From Anthoceros angustus (Eukaryota > Plantae > Anthocerotophyta): 64,000 nt of DNA. Position 1 is the first letter of the stretch, and every line of letters begins with the position of its first letter. This document shows positions 24,100 through 36,761 of the stretch, one piece after another. Location: assembly GCA_010909165.1 (NCBI GenBank), contig MU008205.1, forward strand, positions 186,001-250,000, in the 5' to 3' direction. Below the pieces are notes generated by a model. It was not told the DNA's origin. It ran no database searches and was given only the letters and a program-made list of their open reading frames with translations. The translations under genes were made by a program, and so were the position numbers.

Positions 24100-26458
24100 T
24101 TGTTATCGTCGCTGGTAGAAAAAACGAGAGCAAGTCCGAGCCAACCCCCGTCCCTGCTGCTTCACTGCTCACAATTCTTGCACCACAATCGCCCCCGCCT
24201 TCAAGCTACAAACCTCCCAACAGCATTTCTCCGCGCTCGCATTCAGACTCTTCACGGACGGAGGCCGGCATCTGCTGCCTGACCTGATACGGAGAAATTA
24301 GTTCCCCCGACAATAGGAAGGCTCTCAGTGTGCACTGCCGGCGGAATGCATGCAAATCATCGTATTAATTCCTGTCGCGGCACCGTCGTGCTTGCTTGCC
24401 GAGCTGAGGAATAATGTCTTGACTGCAGAGCGGTAGAGACGTTGCGCTCCTGTGCATACTTATGTATGTATGTAGATCTGGTTTCCGCTATTCGATCCTG
24501 TAACAAGTACTAGGTGCAGGTCCCGTCGTCATCGTCATCCTTCACGACCGAATGGCACCCGCACTTTCAAAATCGCCGCAAGCCGACGATCTATTGCATA
24601 TATATTGATCGGTGGTGCCGATTCGTGAGGCTGGAAGCTGGAGGGAGCGACGCCTTAGCTGCGTCCTGGGAGGAGAAGAAACCTGAAGTCCTGAACGCAA
24701 ACATAGCTTCGTAAAAGTAGGAACGCGGAGACTTTATAGATATGCTGAGATGGGAAGTTCCATCTGCACCGAGGGAGTGGGAAAGAACCCACTCAAGGGC
24801 CCTACGCCAAGGGGGGCTTCTCAAAAGTCGAAGTATGGAATCCCGCTTGCACTATTCTATATATTTTTCAGGGAGTAGATAATTAATTTCACATAAACTT
24901 TATAATAGTATAAGATGCTTTTCAACGTATATTATTTTTAATGTACTTTAATATAGGTGATTTTATTACGTATTTATTTTATTATATAAGTATTTATTTT
25001 ATTCATTTTCGATAATAGAAATTGTCTAACAATTATAAATACGTATGTTTCCTGACCAGAGCGAGTTGACAGCGGAATTGGATCACATTCCCTGGAGGGC
25101 ATGGGCCAGGAACCCCAAATGTCCTCTCGATACACTCTGCTCACTCACTCACACAAGCGGACTCTCTCCTCACTTACTCTCACGAGCTAAGTCCGCATAA
25201 TGTCCCAGGCTTCCTCTCTGAAGTCTCTAGACTGGCTGCCTGCCCCGAGTGAGAAGTGAAAGGGTGATCACTGTCGGCGCTATCTGCAGAAAGGATCCAG
25301 GGCAAGCGCATGGGTCACCGTCCGTACATTCTAACCATGTGCACTAGTATGAAGAGCCACGAAGACTTGTAGGAAGCGTGCCTCTGCTGGAAACCAGACG
25401 AACGTGGCCTTTCAATCGCACCAGCCAGGACAGATTTCCAAAATTCCTACCACGATCCTTCAAGCAAGGAACAGCGCACACCTGACACGAAAAAGTGCAT
25501 TGAAGAGTTTGTGCTTGGTGCTGACACAGTGACCCAGACGAGGATGACAGGGCAATGTAGTATTGCGGCATCACCCTACTGAACAGGCAACGAGTATGGT
25601 GGCATGAAAATTTCCAAGATTCGTTGGACTGAAGAAGGCGGAGTTCGCCCTCACACCTAAACTAGTTGGTGTAGGTTCTGGCCATTGCAAGCAAACGGAC
25701 TGTTACAAGACGTGAATTCTGTAGGACAGGATTTGGAACAGCCAATACATGACTTGCACCTGTCGCTACCCGTGGAAGCATGCTTGGCAGACATAACACA
25801 CCAGCCCCCATGCTCGACAAAAGCTGGCAATTATGTTGATTCAACAATAATGCTGATCCTTAAATCCACAGCAATGTGACCACCTAAACCAGTGCTGCAT
25901 GCCTGGAAATAAGCAAGCAGAATTAGACACACTCTTCGAGTTCTGCTGTTTAAGTGGAGCATGACTTTCCAAGAGAGGAAGTCTTACCTCCTCCGCCAGC
26001 ACGCTGCCGAGCACGAACAGACATTGCACAGGAGACGCACAAACTTGTTACGTTTCAGACCACACCAGGAGCTTGCAACCAGCGCTGAAAATAAGAACCT
26101 GATTTCCATACACCATTTTTGAGCACACTTCCAGCTCACAGAGCAACAAGTACCAAGGGCTATGTTATCATCAAAAGTCCATACCAATTCTTCAAATGAC
26201 AAGCAGCCTCCCAAAGTCCTCAAACTTTGCACAAGTGATGCGACAGCTTATTTGCTGGTCGATTATACACTCGTCACTTTAGGTCTTGTTTTACCACAGA
26301 GCACTGTGATACTCAGCTGCCATCTTGAGCTTGACTCACACGCTTGTATCAAGGGAACAGGTACCCAGGAGATCATCCGAATATCCAGCGATTCCTCAAA
26401 ACTGAGAATTCCACGTTCTGATGCGGCAGACGATGCGACAACAATTTCCTGATCCCGC

Positions 26459-27529
26459 CTAGCCCTCAAGCTCCTCCGTCAAGTTTTTCGTGATCTGAAA
26501 ATCATCATCAAGCTCCTCCGTCAAGTTGCTCGTGATCTGCAAACCATCATCAAGCTCCTCCGTCAAGTTGCTCGTGATCTGCAAATCATCATCAAGCTCC
26601 TCCGTCAAGTTGCTCGTCTGCGAATCATCATCAAGCACCACCGCGCCATTCACATGCCTCAAGATCTCGTTCTCAAATTTTAGCGGGCGCCCGTCCTTCA
26701 GATCCTTGAGAGCCTTCATCATCCTCTTTCCCACTTCGGCAGAGTAGTCCACGGGCTGCTCCAATTTATGCTCGTACCACACCGCGCTCAGATCGCACCA
26801 ATGAACCTTGCATGGCAGAACCGCCTTCTCCTCCCCTGTCAAGATGATGTGCCTGAAGCGCAGCAGGTCCTTCAGCCGCTCGCTGGGGATCCAGCTCTCG
26901 TTGCACTTCCATCCATACTTAGCTCCATTATGCGTGATCTCAATTTCCTCCCTCAGTTCTTTTCTTCTAAACATCGCACTGGCAACTCTGTAGGGAATCC
27001 CCGAAGACGGACAATCCTTATAATGCTTGGCGACCTCCTGCCCGCTGAAACTCACCTTCCCGAACCAGAATTCCACCTCCTTCTTCTCGAGGTCCACTTT
27101 AATGACGTCATCCGCCAGGATCTTCTTCAGTTTACGATTCGGCTGATCCATAACCTCGTCCCGCGGAGGGTGCCCTGGCCCTAGCGCGGCCCTGTCCGCA
27201 TCGGATTCCGCCGCGTTCGATTCGGGGAACTGTGCCCCGCCTTCCAGCTGCACCTTCCTTAGCTCATCACTCGCTCCAGATGAGACGAGTGCAGCCAAGC
27301 GGGCCCCCCGGCGTTTACGAACCAGGATTGTCCCCGCCACCATTGCCCCCGCCACCATTGCCATCACAGTTGCCCCCCCCTTCCAGCTACGTACAAACCG
27401 CACAAGAACATTTCTCTGCGCTCGCATTCGGGCTCTCCACGAACAGATGCCTGCATCTGCTGCCTGTCCAGACATGGTCAAATTCGGGAAACAGGAAGGC
27501 TCTCTCTGTACGCTCCAGGCACAATGCAT
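26459..27529 (-). CDS. Orphan protein with hydrophobic N-terminal segment and acidic C-terminal repeats (start codon uncertain)
   Basis: 356-codon ORF; paralogous blocks with 23518-24099. Confidence 0.65.
   Translation of the reverse strand: MHCAWSVQREPSCFPNLTMSGQAADAGICSWRARMRAQRNVLVRFVRSWKGGATVMAMVAGAMVAGTILVRKRRGARLAALVSSGASDELRKVQLEGGAQFPESNAAESDADRAALGPGHPPRDEVMDQPNRKLKKILADDVIKVDLEKKEVEFWFGKVSFSGQEVAKHYKDCPSSGIPYRVASAMFRRKELREEIEITHNGAKYGWKCNESWIPSERLKDLLRFRHIILTGEEKAVLPCKVHWCDLSAVWYEHKLEQPVDYSAEVGKRMMKALKDLKDGRPLKFENEILRHVNGAVVLDDDSQTSNLTEELDDDLQITSNLTEELDDGLQITSNLTEELDDDFQITKNLTEELEG
26465..26635 (-). repeat. 42-bp coding tandem repeat (DDDxQITSNLTEEL, about 4 copies)
   Basis: tcaagctcctccgtcaagtt recurs with a 42-bp period. 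Confidence 0.9.
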
Positions 27530-27938
27530 GCAGATCTTCCTATAATGGAATTCTCTCGCGGCACGGTCGAGCTTGCTTGCCCAAGCCCCGGAATACTGTC
27601 TGACAGCACACGGGTAGAGGAGACTTTGCGCTCTTGTCCATACTTATATATTTAGGTAAATCTGGTTTATTATGTAGGTCGTATAAACTTTTATGGATAT
27701 GCGGACATCTAAAGGTATGTGAGCTTAATATAATTATAATATGGTATCATATAATATAATATTTAGAGTATATATATGATATAATATATATAATAGGCTA
27801 CCTATATAAAATTAATTGATCTTGTATTAATTTACCCATATATTTAGGTAAATAATTATTTATATATCTATAAAATAATAAAAAAATATGGCTATACGTA
27901 TGAAGATTTCAAAAAATCCTGGAACGACAAGTAAATAT

Positions 27939-28634
27939 GGAAAACCGATCTGGTCATGCGGCATCCACATTTTTTTAGGGTTGTGAACAGAAAGAAATAG
28001 TCCTGCCGCATACGGCAGAACTATTTCGGTATATCACACATGACCACATCGGTCGGGGATGCAGCCACCTAGTATACCGATGTCGTCAACCTACTCCATG
28101 ATGCACACAAAGCTTTCACGATACATAGAAACTTTTCTTCTCTCGGGTTTAGGGTTGCGTTTAGGGTCATTTGCGTTGTCGTGCCATTGCGGCACTGGAC
28201 GCCATATGTGAGCGGTTGCCTTTGCGCTTACTCGCTTCGCGCTGGCTGTAGTGTTTGCACTCGCCGCAGGGCTGCAACGCTTCTAGGCCTCGCCTTGTGG
28301 GGTGTAGTATGTGTGTCTTAGTGCTGCTTAACATGTATGTGTGTCTTAGCTGCCTGTTTAACATGTATGTGTGGTGATCGGAACCCTAAAACACTAAATA
28401 AGAAAACATGTGCACGACACAATCGGAACACCAGGCTATCATCGTGTCATAGAAAGTTTTTGCCCCAAGTACGAACCTATAGAAGCTGATGTGGCACGTA
28501 TTATACGTGTATTGTATGCAAGTATCTGAAAGATGCCGTGGCATATTTCTGTAGCGTACACCCAGAAAAACAAAGTCACACACACAGAAAAACAAAGTCA
28601 CACACACGATGCCAAGTGACTAGATCGGTATTCC
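27939..28634. mobile_element. Non-autonomous TIR element (MULE-type MITE)
   Basis: ggaaaaccgatctggtcatgcggcatc versus reverse complement of the right end ggaataccgatctagtcacttggcatc; flanks acaagtaaatat / ataagtaaatat. Confidence 0.75.
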
Positions 28635-29406
28635 ATAAGTAAATATTCGAATCATTCTTTATTATTGTTCTGAAGATATGAATATAAGTATGCATCATTA
28701 TTGAGCTACATACTACCTATGTCCCTAAGGTTAATATTTCATAATTAGATTTTATATATAACTTATAAATATATTCAAGAACTAAACTAGGTATATGGTA
28801 GGTGTTTATGCATGTCACTCATTATAGAATTAGATTGGTAAGGTAGAAATACACTATCAATTTTTGCAAGGAGGTAGTTCGGCTGTGAAATTTCATTGGC
28901 AATCATGCTGTGAAATTAGTTTGGTTTAGTTGGATAGTGATATGCGTATAATATTAAGATAACTAGAATAGAATTAGCTTTGATAGATTTATGTGCCATG
29001 CATTAAAAATATATATGGTTTTCAGAGTATTGCACAAATCAGAACTAAGATTAAGATGTGAATGGCTCGCAAATTATATTGGAGATTAAGATGTAAAGAT
29101 TGCTTATGCAGTGGTGCACATCTAGATAATAGTAATATAAGATACCAAAATTACATCAATTGCACTATTCTGGTGTAATTGATATAATTACTATTCTAGT
29201 GGTGTCATCCTTGAAACTAAGTTCCTTTTGCGAAACTACAATGACAAAGATGTTGTCCTAATGACTTAGGGAGGAGATAGTATGAAGTAAAAAATAATCT
29301 AATTATTTTTCATGATTTTCTTAGAGGGCAAGTTGTTTCTTATCATCACTTTGTTTGTAAAATTGTAAATATATAACAAAGTATTTGATTCAAAAATAAA
29401 ATAAAA

Positions 29407-30477
29407 ATGGTATTGAAAGCCTCTAGAAATCTTAGATTCAAAGAAACTTGTTTACCCCTGCTCGTGTCATTTCTTCGTCCTAGTGTGTGTTTTTCATGGG
29501 ATCCTTATTCAAAACAATGGCAACCTATGCCATGTTTGTCTTTTCTTCCACGTTGTACAATACGTCCAGATTTATCACCCAAGGTTTTGGCAGGCGATAA
29601 AGGTTTACTAGTCACTAAAAATTACTTTCAAGATTTTATGTATGTTTGTAATCCAATGACAACCCTTTATAAGAAATTATCACCCATGGTTGGATCTTTT
29701 AACCCAAAGGTAGTACACATTATTACTGACATTAAGAATAAAAAGTACAAAATTTATGCAATCTCTTTTAAGGATGATACTATTTGGGGAGGCTGGAAAA
29801 AATTGGACTCTAATTTCATAGATTTGAATAATAGTTTCTCAAGAGTAGAAGTATATGATTCCTCAATTTGTTCATGGACCTTGATGCCTAGCACTCCTCC
29901 TACTTCACATGCCGCAAAAATGATGCAAGATTTTTTGTTTTTGCCATTATGCATAGGTAGTGTATACTATGATGGACAAATTTTTTGTCTATGTCAAAGG
30001 ACAACGGGAGATGTACAATGTTGTTTGATCCGGTACAACATCCAAGAATGTAAATGGAAAGGTCCCGACGAAGTTCCCCTCAACCTAGGTTGGTTTCCTG
30101 AAATAGTTGTATGTGGAATTCATGTATTTTTATTGGGTTATCATCCTGAACTTTTTGGTCAAGTGTTTAGTATCTATAAATTTAACCTGAAACTAGAAGA
30201 AATTAGGCTAGAAGTAATAGCACCTCCAGATAAAAATGAAATGATTGTGCAATGGAATGGTTTCAAAGCTGTAGCATTCAACAACTTTATTTGCATATCC
30301 TCTCCAAACTACGAAAGGGGAATTTTATATAGTGTAATTGATAAATCTTGGGAAAAATGGGAGCATCATACTTCACTCATATGGCCAAGAGATAATGAGT
30401 TTTTTCCCTTTGCACCCAATACTGTAACAACACACTTTTTGGCATTTGAAGCACGTATAACTACCTCTGTAGATTAA
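29407..30477 (+). CDS. F-box-associated/Kelch-like beta-propeller protein; F-box motif not seen in the ORF
   Basis: 356-aa ORF; WDPYSKQW..LSFLP, GLLV..YVCNPMT..YKKL, VEVYDS..SW, C-terminal F.FE..I. Confidence 0.65.
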   Translation: MVLKASRNLRFKETCLPLLVSFLRPSVCFSWDPYSKQWQPMPCLSFLPRCTIRPDLSPKVLAGDKGLLVTKNYFQDFMYVCNPMTTLYKKLSPMVGSFNPKVVHIITDIKNKKYKIYAISFKDDTIWGGWKKLDSNFIDLNNSFSRVEVYDSSICSWTLMPSTPPTSHAAKMMQDFLFLPLCIGSVYYDGQIFCLCQRTTGDVQCCLIRYNIQECKWKGPDEVPLNLGWFPEIVVCGIHVFLLGYHPELFGQVFSIYKFNLKLEEIRLEVIAPPDKNEMIVQWNGFKAVAFNNFICISSPNYERGILYSVIDKSWEKWEHHTSLIWPRDNEFFPFAPNTVTTHFLAFEARITTSVD

Positions 30478-30806
30478 TTTATGCATACTAAAAATTTTTG
30501 GTGGATATTCAAGAAAGAGACGTCATAGCATATCAAACAGCAAGCAAATATTACAGGTAACATGTCTATTCATGCAGCGATATTTGATGTTTAGCTTAAA
30601 ATCCAAAATATTAGTTATCTCTTATTTGTAAAAGACTACATTTAAGATATCTACAAATAATTATTCACTCTTTTGTAGAATAGGTCCCACAAGAATGGTT
30701 TTATTACTACGCTGTACTATTATCATGTGAGGGATAAATAACCTCTCTTTTCATCTGGTATATATGGTACTGAAATTTACTGAAATTTTCTTAAAAATTC
30801 AAGAGT

Positions 30807-32252
30807 ATGCCTATAACACCTGTGTACAAGTGGAAAGAAAGCAAAACATGGGTGACAATTGATGTGAGCTTTGGATCTGTTACTCCAAATTCGTCTGATG
30901 TAACATCAACCGAATGCTTTATTCGAGTAACCTGCTTTCCATATCTTTTCCAAGTTGACCTCAAAGGACAGATTAATAACCAAAAGAGCTCGGTCTCCAT
31001 AGGAAGAAATCATGTAAGTTTTTATTTAACAAAGAAGGAAGAAGGACTATGGGGACGACTCACAGCAATAGGTAATAAGGAGAGGTTATTAGAAAGGCGT
31101 GAAAATTCACTAGAAGCATATAGATTACACACACAACAAGCCAAAGAATCAAGAAAAGCTAATGTTGCTCAATTAGGAAGAGCTATAGTAGGAAAGCAGA
31201 TCAGTATTGAGGATTCTAAGCGTCAAATTATTGAAGATCGAAAGAACCAAGAGCTCACTATAGAACGGAATGCTTTACAATCTTGGCAAACGGCTACTAG
31301 CCAAAAGAATGTAAAACCTACAGACAAGAACCATGCACCACTAAAGGTTGATTTCAATTTTGACACAAAAATCGAAGTGGAACAAAAACCATTTGAAGAG
31401 GAAGCTAAATCAACAGATGAATTGTGTGCTAAATTTGAGAACAATAGTTTTCAACCCTATAAGGAAAGGATACAAGAAACAATTCTTCCAGCTCCAAGAA
31501 CATACACTGCCGTTCCTATAAGGTTCACAGACAAATGTATTCCTCTCCATTTACCAGCTCGGGAAAGCAGAAACACTGAAGTCAAGTTGAAACCAAATAC
31601 ATCTCATTTAATAAGTGATACAGATAAAGACAATGATGCTTCTGAAATAGTTCCTATATTCCAACAAGATCAAGGAAATCGATGTTTCAAAAATGCAGAT
31701 TTTGGTGCAGCTATTGACCATTATACTTCAGCTATCCAGAAAGATCCCAGTATGATCCTTTGCTATGCCAATCGAGCAGCTTGCTATCTACAAAGAAAGG
31801 CATTTCAAGCTTGTGTGGATGATTCTACAATTGCAATTGATATACTAAAAAAAATCATTTCCACAACACTTCAACCACCCCGCTCTATTCCGGTTAAGAT
31901 AAACATTTCTCCACTCCTCCATGAACAAACATTCTCCTCATCCAATGTATCTCACTTTTCACACACTCTTTTAAGGCATGGAGATGCGTTGTACCTATTG
32001 ACTCCTCTTGTTGAACCTCGTAGTCTTAGAATGAAGAATGATGATGAAGAAATATATCAATGGAATGTAGCCATGTTGAGTTGTGTTTTACTTAGAAGAG
32101 GTGTTGCAAAGTGTGAGTTGGACCAATTACATGAAGCTTGCTCAGATTTAAAAGAGGCATTGCATTTTGATCCTGCGAATGACTGCATTGTTAACTCTCT
32201 TAACGAAGTGCGGTGTAAGATAGTAGTGAAGAGTGATAATTTTCATAACTAA
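30807..32252 (+). CDS. DNAAF4: Dynein axonemal assembly factor 4 (DYX1C1) homologue, intronless
   Basis: N-terminal CS/p23 domain (MPITPVYKW.E..FPYLFQVDL..LTKKEEGLWGRL), coiled coil, LPAPR..F....P..LPARES, C-terminal TPRs (GNRCFKNADF..AIDHYT..YANRAACYL; LLRRG..DL..AL..DP.N). Confidence 0.85.
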   Translation: MPITPVYKWKESKTWVTIDVSFGSVTPNSSDVTSTECFIRVTCFPYLFQVDLKGQINNQKSSVSIGRNHVSFYLTKKEEGLWGRLTAIGNKERLLERRENSLEAYRLHTQQAKESRKANVAQLGRAIVGKQISIEDSKRQIIEDRKNQELTIERNALQSWQTATSQKNVKPTDKNHAPLKVDFNFDTKIEVEQKPFEEEAKSTDELCAKFENNSFQPYKERIQETILPAPRTYTAVPIRFTDKCIPLHLPARESRNTEVKLKPNTSHLISDTDKDNDASEIVPIFQQDQGNRCFKNADFGAAIDHYTSAIQKDPSMILCYANRAACYLQRKAFQACVDDSTIAIDILKKIISTTLQPPRSIPVKINISPLLHEQTFSSSNVSHFSHTLLRHGDALYLLTPLVEPRSLRMKNDDEEIYQWNVAMLSCVLLRRGVAKCELDQLHEACSDLKEALHFDPANDCIVNSLNEVRCKIVVKSDNFHN

Positions 32253-32383
32253 GTAGTATCTTAGGATTTGGTATAGATACATAAAACTATGTTGATTAGA
32301 ATAGTTCATTCCCCAATCTGAAAACCCAAACCCTCAAGACCATATTATGTCCTGTATTCAAAGACCTAAAGATATTCACGATT

Positions 32384-32552
32384 GTTGTTCGTTGTTTCTG
32401 CTATGAGCTTCTACCGTGATGCAAGTTTGCAAATAGCATTCACGTTATTCGTTGTTCCTGCTTTGAGCTTCTACCGTGATGTAAGTTTGCAAATAACATT
32501 CACGTTGTTTGTTGTTTCTGCTGTGAGCTTCTACCGTGATGCAAGTTTGCAA
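32384..32552. repeat. 60-bp tandem repeat, 3 copies
   Basis: gagcttctaccgtgatg(c/t)aagtttgcaa recurs with a 60-bp period. Confidence 0.9.
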
Positions 32553-33065
32553 TCCACTCACTCAAATATCTTTACGGAAAGCCAAATACATAACTACTAC
32601 AAGAAAAAAAAAAGTTTAGACTAGGTTTTAATAAACTGCTAAATTATTAAACCCTTACTAAGAGCAACGCCGTAGTTAAGCAACGCTGTTGTACAAGAGC
32701 CCCGTCTCGTCGGCGCTTATTTCCTCTGATCAAAACTGTATGTAGCCTGAGTGTTTGTCGTGACATGTGGCAGAGGTACTGGGCTCACGTAAGCCTGGGA
32801 CGCCACGCAATGCGTAGAAAGCAGGAGCTCCCTTAGGTCAAGTCACGAGTCACGAGTCACGACTTACACACAGTTCATGGTGTGCCATGGAAGCAGCCTG
32901 TGAAGGCTGACGACTCGGCTCTTTGCTATCACTGCCCCGCTCTACTTTGCTCTGCCGCCGGCATGGCGTGCTCGCCATTCGTTGCCAAGCTCGCCGCCAG
33001 GTAGAAGAAGCGATCTAGCCGGTGCCAAGGCAATTTGGCTGGGAGCCCGCTGATCTGGCCCCGCC

Positions 33066-35552
33066 ATGGATCGCGCTTTCGGGCGCCTGCTGCGCTCGCG
33101 GACTGCGCTCTCCCGCGCGGTCCGCCATGTTGCCAAGGTGCGCGTGCGCTCCCCCCTCTGCTGCCCGTGTGCATTCCTTTGTCCCAGCATGGATCGCGCC
33201 ATGGCAGCTCTCTGTCGTTGCTTGCCCGTGTTGCCAAGGGGCGATCTGCAGGCTGCAATTCTGCGCACTGCTCTGTTGTGCTCTGGTGGAGGCTCACGGT
33301 GTGGTTTGTCGATCTGTTTGCAGCCGAAGTCCAAGCCGGCGACAGCGACAGCTGTGCGACATTTGTACGTGCTTTCCTCCTCAGGTGTGTGCATCCCTGG
33401 GAACGCTGTCTTGTGATCTGCCATCCGATTGTGGCTGTCGCATCCGGGGCTTTGGCCGGGGCTGATAGATTGTCCCTCCGTTCTGCAGGCACCGGGAGAG
33501 TTGGAGCTGAGCTAAGGTACGCTTTGTCAAGCTGAGGTGCGATGGTCCAGATGATGTCTGCCCCCGCCGTTGCTCATTGTTGGACTTTGAATGGACGTGG
33601 AATGTTCGGCAGGGGGGACGCGCTTGTGTTTCAGAGAAGTCCTGCTTGGCAGGGATGCATCCGCAATTTTGCTTCCGAAGGTGTGCGCCCTGTGCTGTCT
33701 CCCGTTCTGCATGGTGGAGAACGTGTGCTCGTGCCCTAATTCCAGCAGTGTCAAGTTTGCAGGTGGTCCGTTAGATGTTGTGGTACCATTCATGGGGGAT
33801 TCTGTGCCAGATGGAGTACTTGCGGCATTCCTGAAGCGTAGGTTATCTCTTTCTGGCCGTTGTCTTGGTTCCTGTTTGTGCTTGATCTGTATTTGTGACC
33901 TGCAATGGTTACCCGTGGCTTTTCTTTTTCTCTGTAAATGCTTTCTGCACTCTTGCTGACCGGTAGTTCACCTGGGCTGAATTGCAGAGGAAGGAGATGC
34001 TGTGGCGGCTGACGATGTCATTGCGCAGATTGAGACAGACAAGGTGACGATAGATGTGCGCGCACCTGAAGCAGGCGTCATAGAGAAGGTATGTCGAGTG
34101 GCACTTAAGTATGTTACCTTGTTTCTGCTGCATCTACCAGTGTATTCACATTTACAGGGCTCATTCTGCAGCTGACAGCTAAGCAAGGTGACACCGTTAC
34201 ACCTGGTACAATAGTCGCAGTGCTTGCCAAAGGCCAAGGCGGTGGGAAGCCTGCTGAGAAGAAAGCAGCACCAAAAGCATCAGAAGTTCCTGCAAAGAAG
34301 CCAGAAGCACCTGCGAAGAAAGAACAAGAGGCACCACCACCTCCACCTCGTCCAAAACCAGCTGAGAGTGCTGCATCACCTCCACCTGCTCGAGCTAGTC
34401 CCAGTGAACCTCAACTTCCTCCCAAGGACAGAGAACGAAGGGTAAAGCTGTTTTGCTATGAAATATCTCTGGAGCGGGTTTAGTGCGATGCAAGTTTTGA
34501 AGCTCCATGACTTTCTGCATGTCTTCATGTTTGAGGTCCATGTCTGATTGTAGGTACCTATGACAAGATTGCGGAAAAGAGTCGCTACACGATTGAAGGA
34601 CTCTCAAAACACATTCGCCCTGCTCACGACTTTCAACGAGATCGACATGTATGTGTGCCCCACCTGCTGGTTTTTATGTTTTCCGAAAATAATCTATTGT
34701 ACTCACAGGCTTGCTTGTCTGCAGGACTAATTTGATGGCACTTCGTAGTGATTACAAAGATGCCTTTCTGGAAAAGCATGGTGTTAAGTTGGGGTTTATG
34801 TCCGGGTTCGTCAAGGTGAGTCTAAAAAATTTGAATTAGTTTACTTCGAGCACTCTTGCGTTGAGGTTGAACTAATGAGATGCGGGTCATACAGGCGGCT
34901 GTCAGTGCCTTGCAGCAACAACCAGTTGTCAATGCTGTCATAGATGGAGATGACATCATTTATCGGGACTATATTGATATCAGTATTGCGGTTGGCACTT
35001 CCAAGGTGTGTTTCGTGATTCAATCTTATGAGGAGGCACAATACGCTTGCCTCCGGATTATTTACGAGCATGGCGATGTATCTTGCAGGGACTGGTTGTG
35101 CCTGTCATTCGAGGAGCAGATAAGATGAATTTTGCTCAAGTTGAGAAAACTATCAGTGACCTTGGGAAGAAAGCAAATGACGGCACTATCTCCATTGATG
35201 ATATGGCGGGAGGCACCTTCACCATATCCAATGGCGGTGTCTATGGGAGCTTGATTAGTACCCCAATCATCAACCCTCCTCAGGTATTCTCTCGAAAGAC
35301 TGTTTGCTGCAAAAAACTCCCAGCTCAAATTTTTCCTAAATCCACTTGCTTGTGATGCAGTCGGCGATTTTGGGGATGCATTCAATCCAGAAACGTCCAG
35401 TGGTTGTTGGGGCCAACATCGTGGCAAGGCCCATGATGTACATTGCCTTGACTTACGATCACAGGCTTATTGATGGCAGAGAGGCCGTATATTTTCTCCG
35501 TGCCATCAAGGATGTTGTTGAAGACCCTCGCCGGCTGCTGTTGGACCTGTGA
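33066..35552 (+). CDS. DLST: Mitochondrial 2-oxoglutarate dehydrogenase E2 (dihydrolipoamide succinyltransferase), multi-exon
   Basis: Presequence-like [12 protein letters not shown]; lipoyl domain [20 protein letters not shown]; [18 protein letters not shown]; [23 protein letters not shown]; [12 protein letters not shown]; GT-AG introns. Confidence 0.95.
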
Positions 35553-36007
35553 AGCGCTGGCCAATCATTCCTTTATAAACCTCCGGGTTTTGATAGTAGA
35601 TCTATCTCCAGGAATTGACACTTTTTGTTTTGAGATAAAACGTCTGTATCATGAGTAACCTGGTTTCGTTGATGCCGCGACGCTCCGTGCGGATCTTCTT
35701 TCCAGTAGAAGCTTCATTTCACGATACCAGACTGAGTTTTGCCTGAAGAGTTCTGTTGCCCTAATCGAATACCGTACATGCCAACGGACACCCTTGAGAG
35801 CATTCACTAGTCGAAGCCAGTCCCATTTCCACTAAGCACACGGAGATCTACATTATATCAGACAGCAATCAAGTTCGAAATCAAGAGTTCTCTACTACTG
35901 GCCATTACGATAACTCAACGCATGGCGCCTGAAAGCTAAGCCATGTCCTGTAAGTTCAATAGCACACTAGATCTGTCCGCAGTGACTCAACATATGCGTC
36001 AAACACC

Positions 36008-36761
36008 TTAGATCCCCTGCTCACTTAGGTAGTCTCCAAGGCGCTCGACAACTACATTGCATTCACCAGGCTGGACTGGTTCCTGGTAGACTCCAATAAC
36101 CAATGCGCTGTTGGTCTTCTTGACTGTTATCCCTCCAGAACCCTGGTGCAAACAACCAAGACAATGAATACTCAACAGCAAATACACGATACTACAGATA
36201 ACAGCAGAGTCACCACCAGCAGTGTCCCTACTTTTTTTCCGCGGACAACAGCACCGGGCTCTCCCTGGATCACCATGTACTTCTCGCCACCAAGAAGGAG
36301 GCCTGCTTGTGCGAGGGCAGGCACACCAACATCAGGGTCCACTAAAGCTTTCACGATCTTTTCAAACTCACCGGGTTTTGCCTGGCACAACAGCCAATCA
36401 CTGGTTAGGTTGCAGCACCGGACGACCGGCGGTGGGGTTTTAAGGGAGTACAGGAAGAGCAACTCAACATGATCAGGATCTGCATCAAGGACCACTACCA
36501 GAGAAAGCCATCCGCAGCTCACAGAACGAAATCAGCCACTACTCAGCACACTAACCAACCCCTCCACGTTGCCAACAGTAGCACAGATCAAGTCTCCTCC
36601 AGCAGCAGGAAAACAAGGCAAAGGAGAGTGCGTACAGCGGGAAACGATGCGGACTGCGCCCAGACATTGCCATCCTGGCCGATGATGGCGGCGCTGGTCA
36701 GACCGTGGCCGTGGCCAAGGTCACACATGAGGTGGTCATCCACGTACGACTGCCACGACAT
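36008..36761 (-). CDS. Profilin, 136 aa; exons 36761-36636, 36381-36232, 36142-36008
   Basis: [27 protein letters not shown]; [17 protein letters not shown]; [24 protein letters not shown]. Confidence 0.96.

Noticed and set aside
25344-26450. Possible further exons of the orphan gene
   Set aside because: No consistent splice model or homology found by eye.
32384-32552. CRISPR-like appearance of this and the 42-, 51- and 41-bp repeats
   Set aside because: Head-to-tail units with no unique spacers, no cas genes, eukaryotic context.
32929-33535. Several overlapping long ORFs
   Set aside because: GC-rich shadow frames over the 5' exons and introns of DLST.
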